Shown: positions 31,301 to 36,689 of the stretch, one piece after another
Layout of the letters: every line of letters begins with the position of its first letter
How positions within the stretch are numbered: the stretch's first letter is position 1
Program-made: the position numbers and the translations under genes
From: Bdellovibrionota bacterium
Lineage (GTDB): Bacteria; Bdellovibrionota; UBA2428
Direction: 5' to 3'
Assembly (NCBI GenBank): GCA_035539375.1
Contig: DATLIP010000068.1
Span: 11,383-75,382 of the forward strand
DNA length: 64,000 bases
Notes under the pieces: model-generated
Databases searched by the model: none
Seen by the model: the letters and a program-made list of their open reading frames with translations, nothing else
What the model was told of the DNA's origin: nothing

Positions 31301-31779
31301 ATGGCGGCACGGGTGGGGGCGACGGTGTGTGGTGGAAACGCGACGAGAACTTTGACCTCGCCGCGCTCAGCTCGGACATCCCCTCGGATGTCGACCGCAA
31401 CGTCACGCTGAGTGGCAACGCGCGCATCGTGGCCTTCACCGGCACAAAACTCATCCTTTGGAACGGCACGAGCGTTGAAGAGTACAATGTGAGCTATTCT
31501 TTGGGCTCGTACACCGTGACGCTCGCACGCACGGTTAGCGGCGTCTTGCCACTGCGAAGCTCAAACCCCAACGACGACTACTCGTCTTATAATAGTGTTA
31601 CCAACATGGTGATCCTCATCGAAGGCGGCAGCGGCGGCGTAGAGATGGTCGACATGGCCAAGGTCACGCCGGCCACTCACCGGGCCGATGTGACCTCGGG
31701 CGCCCTGCAATCGGTCGTCTGTGGTCTGGAATGCTACGTTTTTGATGCTCAGCGTAACGCCGTCATTCCCTTGAAATAA
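22375..31779 (+). CDS. Giant lipoprotein (3134 aa) with divergent cadherin/Ig-like modules; otherwise unassignable
   Basis: Lipobox LGAC (Cys31). Starts 33 nt after the previous gene behind a GAGGGA Shine-Dalgarno (GTG 22375 or ATG 22378). Cadherin-like signatures include IDLDGDEVLVRW, TIDDVNRAPYLTS...VKAKDADGDAISMSLDV, VTDVNSTPLV and AYDMDRGDTLQFTVTG. No recognisable catalytic motif. Confidence 0.75.
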   Translation: MMRTIIGHQKGIQLLGSSRGALLGLVLSLGACKGVDVSTVPSLLVDAGDRVNFQMTPDLAKHGLRVNSAEVYVYENGDYVVDPLAQVEISGTGVQYKYSKGRVPSGLDYVVVKYAVPNGRDVTMRAFIPTDATSVKLGVANTKTVDWFLSLTDTQPTVDEWTRVKNYFDVALSRACYDPSLPYSTIYKRMRAVENGIFDSAELTSLVQEFAVSSANLRMKFGENRKPYLSRAIPIPSETQLNLVNVRESNSRYLYSETIDLDGDEVLVRWKMTGGETLPTSWIKYKESAFLPKAFWPIEYLKVDSTFDDSTETDFRAFGLNLSVCDGGRLQSYDYHVTIDDVNRAPYLTSTRPSNVSISEFVVTDPVNTTKVYTVKAKDADGDAISMSLDVSSSPNVFLSATPTLTVQGMLIGRWVGGDVSTDVVTAQEKKWPLTASTIRMPEEVTFKSNGKVMLKDYPAPGQDTELEYEGFTPKQGDLLGVKLKSLPIASPVNIGSIDLLCTIKLGGGARSFDFVCSHTHESLSTADFEWRRSYRCPTFTATSATENENCFYRRANAPDGVNPDKDQLLYLIYRPQNNDSKRGDITAYVNISDYPRAGATSTSIEYKVTDVNSTPLVTGVRDISQHYPADPVEILNYSETNANSNYKFDQPWVRLNQRIFTEWDVGSQKYTDVPSNKRTWVEKMLWRKVSAGPQSDLFAQADYFYFVSEKTDAHFSKIIFGNNQAFPDNHKMPTTPKFDGDTEHRKARLLRYDGTNTYVYIPHFYGPAHASIQPSDTADVKDLKQDAVCRISNWFYRNPASYQGLVDKAIDINDAGKFKADPIHSDVKVVCAQSYGSTCSRTGACAQTDLDAIAGLSQAGLDTNGTQFDMAIERLLFGRVPSGESGDTGGAIDGTPNFYSGRTKVLATAADASTNFLSLNSETYNSVIYGLMYGYFTLPSKWDTGQKPDHIDGSAKRLLVQKIRENWGPSSTGIFPAASNTGFGEVLIDQRARTITFGATAEEFRIGKNRIGGGANTYLQAGQFVYKQYQYIHPNLACRYLVRDRGNRVILTCTTKTGSDTAPKDYLTELSGAAVIDVPITYPQSTKGIAFDSLPAGVSFVQESPGRFKLNGSDQHLMGVARMPLVLRGNFYDPDVNGRSGASQDTITMNATALNGALIDAAVVYRKKDGDPITVTYNNACLNNGKRGDNSVSFTPKDVYNLSFMEIGASDMATGDFIVVVYPDSRCSTRDMMPTGIDNTPPWIELKITDGTPNVDTRLKFSFDFFDKPYPPYIYGHWENPANCAGSAYSFSEYKYLGQVVARYEYGTWDESLVAPEGCESYSYDYSGTTNMYVNGVVRSVSYVSKSRGIYCYDYTGSSGSWMLPVYRDSSGRAVDVRHLGNPANPAVNYIWNESPAFLGQFSRPRADETTNPNYEVGLNPKACRFIVIDDNYDDVKLGFLKKTSKNDFLIPVDQSDDNGEFNPAATDYTEVRRKHGINVRADYGLGPSDGSTATDLDFSPILGVDGNFVPANAPKPLKIANLFSKWYKLAGLNAAGSSLATGLSTFASSGLTLRADLGDFKVINFRQPRFQGIDTRAYLMFSKENLKDHEYVCEQDLMTPAQDAAEPMGGVIYQALRAGSLHTLKLKTNFVADNFYNADCVNDSGEVQLTRPGCVYQFTAACAVDPTLDQEQARDPSCYAPIASATKTIANAKCFSVDPKVEAKWSQDGVLSGDAFTEFAESPYDLYFEVKGVGDFVEGTSGDARDWRCAARSWYKDGYLDFRCSVKGDDQNKYFAVSELKSQEKDTFNTWLSSSGLNVKNTPTGYTYESPWEKHYEITWAPSLANPGGADPVAAPAIWSGMLVAEDAPVPIFGNKRARVTTALHMKAIDVLSTDTTMAMQTTWLNVNVGEGDSGKALIPYWVQSNDAKVAPFVTSAPDSESSPPTTTFIKNLSAWFQRPHANTDKAGFQNWMLNAAESSKVDVTPNPENSFVGISGFEGYGSRVTPPLGGMDGFIKVAKYRSQLEGLRFKREYKSDHLPYTQRFNLKAGAQWPMEFYTDNASEYYPDYTGNGNTYTRSTLGRGGKGAATLTYSEAYPIAAGQPKITVYERNDTPCLTLEGGVAATVRGTTCDPDVNNRFAAATPNNMSAGSTVLSAANDASGVMTYEIEVKGFDDSGSTPGTGTTGSNGKGIAEGVPYGLRLAARDPNFTGGSVLNARLLSSPAVDRRFPFDGGTSITKVLEGGASAVQNLPHYWAIWSITGVLQDPHVRKTTVLDAGLELPKIQVEVYDNGQYPGAARERMNFSVHGWDYNSKPNYLGPVAFWITGQDMDMFINGFVPKFKYDLENQGIENNIVMAAYDMDRGDTLQFTVTGQNAYGFAPGDFSATTISPSHPNYDLWCKNPAKISKNIETAGGQELACVKISFKMKFNTVADVNFGVTVEDVPWWAQPGVTQVYNPSAGAYVTANYADLYEARFGPADLGIAPQSVSGSVSISGNMAPKVLTYQGVESYPFGIAYNDEGYRQDFVITGSDLSGVSCQLTKSPKLSPYALEELASLGYSLQPEETMTISTINVANDTKICRLSWRAIARPAGYNPWVRSNAAEMNVEVKIYSGATVIHTAAYKISEKGPGANTQDSVRSPQYFSYSSRPTVAVGTLEIGASVDSVALTKNASLELVGDEAKEWTFSAPFRSHTSSFTYYPIDAIWYFDGKPVAIGGETYKRFFNPKESGQHTIALAIHDGSMNRYTYHEQKILVRNNVPFLDPSEGVSVVDAGFRPNIDTFLFSSLWSMPTEKSFVVNGIKNNATNLLTYRNQSSSLKTQFTYVVALQHGGLYYDSSRALWLYSNVATAGPSLNESASTAGYHPNYGGAKNHQQYYLLENGQMTATNQTTFGSSLRSSVVFSNTRERAKGLMRSENIDSSAYIVWTNDLRSGRNANRLWVHDSTNQRTLGYINVGPDSMSGPSRIQDFRVATVGSQKTIAVATVDGIYMVPYGGTGGGDGVWWKRDENFDLAALSSDIPSDVDRNVTLSGNARIVAFTGTKLILWNGTSVEEYNVSYSLGSYTVTLARTVSGVLPLRSSNPNDDYSSYNSVTNMVILIEGGSGGVEMVDMAKVTPATHRADVTSGALQSVVCGLECYVFDAQRNAVIPLK

Positions 31780-31855
31780 GGCGCTTTGGCCCTATCTCAG
31801 CGAAATCTAAGGCTCGGCCCTCAAGTCGCACCCCCAGACTTCCGATAAAAGGCTT

Positions 31856-33667
31856 ATGAAAGCGCATTTGCGTACCTTATTCGTCTTTGCCGTGGCCGCG
31901 ACGTGCTCGTCTGCGTTTGCGCAAGCGCTGATGCCCAAGCTCACTCCGCGCTATGCCGAGCGCGTGCTCAGCGAATACCTTGAAGAGATCGCCGTCGAAT
32001 CGCTCGGGAACATTCTCGACAAAGATTCTTTCGAAGTTCTCGTCGACATCAAAGTTGAAGATGCCGAAGAATTAGAGAAGATCAAAGACCTTGCTTCGCA
32101 GGGACCCATGCCTGGCCTCACGGCACCGGCGTCGCCTTTTACCCGCAAAGAACTTCTCGGTTTTCTCGAGTCGCTTCAGCAAAAGAAGAACATCCTTATT
32201 GTGATCGATCCGGATAGCATCCCGGGTGGAGATCGCAAAGCCAAGCTCATCGAGCTCGTGCAAGAAACCCTCACCGGCAAGCTCAAGCTCAATCTCGCTT
32301 CGCAGCGCGATGTTATCGTGATCCGCGAAGCGCAAATCGTGCCCAAGCTTGACGAAAATGGCCGCTCGATCGCTTCTGAAAATGGAGATCGTCGTCACGT
32401 GAGCGTGAACGAGACCAACTCGGGCACGGACTTTTCGTTCTTTTGGAATTTCCTCTTGAGCGCGATGGTGCTCGGCGCGAGCTACTACGGTTACCGCTAC
32501 TGGAAAAACCGTCGCACCGTTTCCTTCATGAGCGACGAAAAGACGTCGGTCGAAGAGTTCAAAGGCGTGGGGCCAGCCCTCAGCCCTTATTACGGTTTGG
32601 GTGAAGAGAACGAAAAAGACGAATCGGCCGAGAAGGGCCGCGAAGAACTCGTGAGTCTCTTCGAGAAACTGGCCGTGGATTACCCTGGCCTCAGCTCGCA
32701 GGCCCTGCAGAAGTACGTACAAATTTACGGAGAAGACCTGCGCAGCGTGGTGCATTTTGTGGAACTCGTGGGCTTTGACCGTGCCCTGAAACTCTTCTCG
32801 GATGTTCCTCAAAAAACTTGGCGCGTGATCGGTCAGTTCATGGCGATCAATCCGCTTGGTCCGGACGATTTGATCAACTACAAAGAAGTGCTCACTCTCT
32901 ACCGTATCCTGATGGCCTTCGTGGTAGAGAACAAAGGCTTTGACTCCGACATGGGCGTTTTTGCCAAGCTCGAAGGTCATTCGCCGGTGGATCTCTACTT
33001 GGCCCTGCAGGAAGAGAGCGATGTCTTTATCGCGAAGTTCCTCTCGGGGGTTTCTGAGTCGACCTCTTCAGACATCGTTAGCCAATTCGATTCCAGCCGT
33101 AAGATCAAGATCCTTGCCACCATGGCCAAGGTTCGCAACGTAACAAACGACGAACTCGTGACGATCGAATCGAAATTGTCCAAAAAGCTTGGAGGCGATT
33201 CGGGAGCGAAGCTTGTCGAAGTCACCAACGACGCACGCATCTTCCGCTCGCTGGCGCAAATGTCGCCAGTGCAAGAAGAGCAGCTTTTTGCGGACATGCT
33301 CAACTCAGACCCTGAGCTCGAAATTCGAGCTCAGCGCCACCGCTTTTATCCTGTGCACCTCGCCACCATTGATGCCAACGTTCTAAAAGAAGAACTTCGC
33401 ACCTTCCCCGTGGACGACATCGCGCGCATGCTGCGCGGCTTGCACCCCACAATCGAACGACGCATCCTCTCGCTCGCCCCCGAGCGCAAGGCGGCCGTGG
33501 TTCAGGACGCGCTAGACGCGCTTCGCACTCAGCCCATCGTGCCCGAATACGCCGAAGTACGCCGGGCCTTTATGGACATGCTTTACGACAAATACGTCGG
33601 CTCAAACCAGGACTTCGCGGGCAATTTGTTCTCGAACGGAATGGCAAGGGGCCCGCGTGCGGCCTAA
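31856..33667 (+). CDS. Bitopic membrane protein: periplasmic ring-building-motif-like N-terminal part, one TM, and a cytoplasmic FliG/MgtE_N-like domain (FliF/FliG-like chimera)
   Basis: Signal peptide (FAVAATCSSAFAQA), TM about aa 193-215 (FSFFWNFLLSAMVLGASYYGYRYW). The cytoplasmic C-terminus LKEELRTFPVDDIARMLRGLHPTIERRILSLAPERKAAVVQDALDALRTQPIVPEYAEVRRAF lines up with the FliG_C pattern L+EV....LA.AL+G......+IL.NMS.RAA..L.EDLE..GPV.L.EVE.AQ. An upstream FliG_M/MgtE_N-like helical repeat is also present (SPVDLYLALQEESDVFIAKFLSGVS...SSDIVSQFDSSRKIKILATMAKVRNVTNDELVTIESKL). The assignment is by eye only. Confidence 0.6.
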   Translation: MKAHLRTLFVFAVAATCSSAFAQALMPKLTPRYAERVLSEYLEEIAVESLGNILDKDSFEVLVDIKVEDAEELEKIKDLASQGPMPGLTAPASPFTRKELLGFLESLQQKKNILIVIDPDSIPGGDRKAKLIELVQETLTGKLKLNLASQRDVIVIREAQIVPKLDENGRSIASENGDRRHVSVNETNSGTDFSFFWNFLLSAMVLGASYYGYRYWKNRRTVSFMSDEKTSVEEFKGVGPALSPYYGLGEENEKDESAEKGREELVSLFEKLAVDYPGLSSQALQKYVQIYGEDLRSVVHFVELVGFDRALKLFSDVPQKTWRVIGQFMAINPLGPDDLINYKEVLTLYRILMAFVVENKGFDSDMGVFAKLEGHSPVDLYLALQEESDVFIAKFLSGVSESTSSDIVSQFDSSRKIKILATMAKVRNVTNDELVTIESKLSKKLGGDSGAKLVEVTNDARIFRSLAQMSPVQEEQLFADMLNSDPELEIRAQRHRFYPVHLATIDANVLKEELRTFPVDDIARMLRGLHPTIERRILSLAPERKAAVVQDALDALRTQPIVPEYAEVRRAFMDMLYDKYVGSNQDFAGNLFSNGMARGPRAA

Positions 33668-33685
33668 TGATGGAGGATATGGCTT

Positions 33686-34486
33686 ATGAACATCGCTAGT
33701 ATTATCGGTTTTATAATGGCCGGTAGCGTGGTTTGGTTCGGGGTTATCGGCCCTGCCGCCAACCGCAACATGTTTATGGACTCGCACGCGCTGATCCTTG
33801 TGATCGGTGGCACCATGGCAGCCGCGTTCATCGCGTTTCCTCTGAAAAAGATCATGGGCATGTTCAAAGTGCTCGTGAAAGAGGTGATGTTCAAACGCAG
33901 CAGCCCCAACGTGGCGCTCGTAAAAGAGATCATCGACGCCTCGAACGTTGCCAAGCTCGACCCTGCGGCTCTGGGTGGCCGTACGGCTACACACCCTTTC
34001 CTTAAGGAAGGCTACCAGATGATCGCCGACGGCGTGCTCTCGGACAGCGAACTCCATGAAGTGCTCAAAAAGCGCTCGATGTTCTTTAAAAAAGACTACG
34101 GCGGCGACGCCAAAATGTTCACCGCACTCGCTAAGTTTCCTCCGGCCTTTGGTCTTCTCGGCGCTTCGTCGGGGATGATCGCCATGATGGGCAGCCTGGG
34201 CAACGGCGCCGGTCAGCAGTATATCGGCCAAGCCATGGCGATCGCGCTCGTCGCGACCTTCTGGGGTATCGGCATCGCGAACTTGGTGCTCCTGCCTCTG
34301 GCGGACTACTACCACAAGCTCGCAGACGACGATTTTTACACGCGCCTGCTCGTGATGGAAGGTATCATGATGCTCAAGCGTCGCGAATCTCCCATCGTGG
34401 TGGTCGAAAAGATGAACTCCTTCTTGCACGTGTCGGAACGGGTCAACGCCCCGGCCGCTGCGAGCTCCGGTAGAAGGGCGGCCTAA
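33686..34486 (+). CDS. motA: Flagellar-type stator protein MotA/PomA (proton or sodium channel)
   Basis: 266 aa, 4 TM with a long TM2-TM3 cytoplasmic loop. FPPAFGLLGASSGMIAMM (equivalent to MotA PAFGMIGT, Pro173) and ALVATFWGIGIANLVLLPLADYY (Pro222 equivalent). GGAGGA Shine-Dalgarno 6 nt upstream. Confidence 0.85.
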   Translation: MNIASIIGFIMAGSVVWFGVIGPAANRNMFMDSHALILVIGGTMAAAFIAFPLKKIMGMFKVLVKEVMFKRSSPNVALVKEIIDASNVAKLDPAALGGRTATHPFLKEGYQMIADGVLSDSELHEVLKKRSMFFKKDYGGDAKMFTALAKFPPAFGLLGASSGMIAMMGSLGNGAGQQYIGQAMAIALVATFWGIGIANLVLLPLADYYHKLADDDFYTRLLVMEGIMMLKRRESPIVVVEKMNSFLHVSERVNAPAAASSGRRAA

Positions 34487-35253
34487 TGTTTTCGCCGTCG
34501 CGTCGACCTCCGCCGCCCCCTTCATCGGGATACTCGCGCGGCATCGCCACTCGCAAACTGCTCGAAGCTGCTTCGCTGCAGGACGACATGATGGAGATGG
34601 AAGAGACGACGCCGCACGTGGACGAAGGTTGGCTGGTGTCCTACGCGGACATGATGACGCTGCTTTTTGGTCTTTTCGTTTTGCTCTACTCGATGTCCAC
34701 CATGGATAGCGAAAAGTTCGAGACCCTCAAAAAGGTCTCGGCCGAGTCTTTTGGTGGCCAGTATCAAAACCCCGTAGAAGATCTCAATAAGAACATCGCC
34801 AAGCAATTCAAAGAACTCTCCAAGAGCGGTGCGATCACGCTCAAAGAAACTCCCACGGGGATTGAAATCAACATTGGCGGCGAGCTGCTCTTTGCCTCGG
34901 CCCAAGCAGATTTCACCGAAGGTGGCCTCACGATCATCAACCAATTTGCCGACGCTGTGAAAAAGGCCCCTGGCAAATTCGTGATTCGCGTGGAAGGTCA
35001 TACCGACGACGCGCCCATCGCCACCGAAAAGTACCCCTCTAACTGGGAACTCTCCTCGGCTCGCGCCACCCACGTGGTGCGTCAGCTGATCTCGCGTGGT
35101 TTTGACCCCACCAAAATGGAAGCGATCGGCTACGCTGAGACGCGTCCCATGGCTCCGAACCGCTCTCCTGCGGGCGAGCCCATCGCGGTGAACCAGGCCA
35201 AAAACCGTCGTGTTTTCTTGAAGGTCGTCACCGACCCGAACCTTGTAAAATAA
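34486..35253 (+). CDS. motB: Flagellar-type stator protein MotB (OmpA-like peptidoglycan-binding C-terminal domain) with a Pro-rich N-terminal extension
   Basis: EGWLVSYADMMTLLFGLFVLLYSMS carries the essential channel Asp in the YAD context. The OmpA-like region is VEGHTDDAPI...SNWELSSARATHVVRQL...GYAETRP...NRRVFLKV. The start overlaps the motA stop (TAATG). Confidence 0.85.
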   Translation: MFSPSRRPPPPPSSGYSRGIATRKLLEAASLQDDMMEMEETTPHVDEGWLVSYADMMTLLFGLFVLLYSMSTMDSEKFETLKKVSAESFGGQYQNPVEDLNKNIAKQFKELSKSGAITLKETPTGIEINIGGELLFASAQADFTEGGLTIINQFADAVKKAPGKFVIRVEGHTDDAPIATEKYPSNWELSSARATHVVRQLISRGFDPTKMEAIGYAETRPMAPNRSPAGEPIAVNQAKNRRVFLKVVTDPNLVK

Positions 35254-35270
35254 GGATGACGGGGAGCCTT

Positions 35271-36689
35271 TTACGGCGCCTCTTTTGTCTGCACATCTTT
35301 TTCGAGCAGCTTTTCGGTCTTTACCGACATCAAATCCGTCACTTCGCGCTTTGAGGGCGCCAGAGCTTCAAAGCTCAATAGCTTTCCGCGCTGAATGTTC
35401 AGCTCGTCGATCTTCTTCTCCCCAATCACAATGGTGTAGCGCCCCTGGGGCAGCACGTAGCGGTTGTTGGTGAGAAAAAACCCTTGGGCATTCTTAAACT
35501 TCGATACGCTCTGGATCTTGGTTTGAATCTTGGTTTTGGTGCTCGGCACTCCGGGGCCCGCATTGTCGACGGCGAAAACGTCGTAAGGCTCTTTTTGCTT
35601 GGACCTCACCGTGATCATGCCCCAGTCGGGGGCTTCGAGCTTTTTCACGGTGCCTGGTGTGACCGAGATGTTGTCCCACTGGTGCGCCAGGCCCGTGGTG
35701 GTGGTGGCAAAGACGTTGTAACGGCTAACGGGGAGCTTGGTCTCTTCGCCCGCGTAAAAGACGTATTCCTTGGCGCTCAAAATGTCCTGTGCGATGAGCT
35801 GAATGGGAAAGCTCGGCATGGCGAGGGTCATGGCGCCGCGCCCGTCGGCGATGAGCACTTTGCGCTCGTTTTCCGCTAGAGTGACGGCTTTGAACTTGAA
35901 GGGTGGCTGGTATTGCACTTCGACGTCGTAGGTGTCGGGCGGCAAATTGGTGCCGAGGCTCGAGACAAATCGAAAGGTCTTGCCCGGTTGGGTGGTGGAT
36001 TTCGCCACGGCCCAGGCGTCGGGCTCGGGGCCCTTGACGATGATCGTCTGTTTGGTGCTGAGCGCGTCGAACTTGAACTCCGAGAGCGCGTCGGCAAAGC
36101 CTTCGGGGGAATTGGCGTTCTTCACGGGCCCGAGGCACGAGAGCTCTTTGAACTGTTTGACGTTCTGGGCGCCGTAGGTGAGCACGTAGATCTTCACGTC
36201 GAGTTGCTCTTTGATCTTTTTTGCTTCAGCGCAAGGGTCGCCCTTGCAGGTTTCCTCGCCGTCAGTGATCAGGATGATGCGTTTCTCGCCAGGCATTTCT
36301 TTGAGGGCGGCGAAGCTTTGCTTGAGGGCTTCGGCGATGGGGGTCATGCCGCGCTCCACGGGTGTGATCTCTTTGATCATCTCGCGCACGCGAGCTTGGT
36401 TCTTGGGGTAAAAGCCCAGGCGCTGCTCGATGAGCTTGGCGTCGCAGCTGCGGGGTTTCAGGTGACCTAAGACTCGCAGCGATGAGGTGGCATTTTCTTT
36501 TTCGATGCTCTCAATGGCGACGGCCATCATCTTCTTCGCGGTGGTGATTTTTTTCTCACCCTTTTCGTCTAGGAGCATCGAGCCCGAGGCGTCGAGGATG
36601 AATTCGATGGCTATCGGGGAGGGCGTGCTCTGCGCGTGGGCGAGGGGGGTGAGAGTGAGTAGCGTCGAGAGGGCGAGGAGTTTTTTCAT
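35271..36689 (-). CDS. Secreted von Willebrand factor A (VWA) domain protein
   Basis: 472 aa. Signal peptide (LSTLLTLTPLAHAQS). MIDAS-type DxSxS (FILDASGSM) and later ILITDGEETC. The C-terminal ~250 aa are unassigned. Confidence 0.8.
   Translation of the reverse strand: MKKLLALSTLLTLTPLAHAQSTPSPIAIEFILDASGSMLLDEKGEKKITTAKKMMAVAIESIEKENATSSLRVLGHLKPRSCDAKLIEQRLGFYPKNQARVREMIKEITPVERGMTPIAEALKQSFAALKEMPGEKRIILITDGEETCKGDPCAEAKKIKEQLDVKIYVLTYGAQNVKQFKELSCLGPVKNANSPEGFADALSEFKFDALSTKQTIIVKGPEPDAWAVAKSTTQPGKTFRFVSSLGTNLPPDTYDVEVQYQPPFKFKAVTLAENERKVLIADGRGAMTLAMPSFPIQLIAQDILSAKEYVFYAGEETKLPVSRYNVFATTTTGLAHQWDNISVTPGTVKKLEAPDWGMITVRSKQKEPYDVFAVDNAGPGVPSTKTKIQTKIQSVSKFKNAQGFFLTNNRYVLPQGRYTIVIGEKKIDELNIQRGKLLSFEALAPSKREVTDLMSVKTEKLLEKDVQTKEAP

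Noticed and set aside
33602-34525. 307-aa minus-strand ORF across motA. Similar cases lie opposite mrpA, the 787-aa gene, the RND gene and clsB (1640-2524, 51135-52208, 55355-56455, 62571-63599).
   Set aside because: All are antisense to genes with clear family motifs, and all have artefact-like composition.
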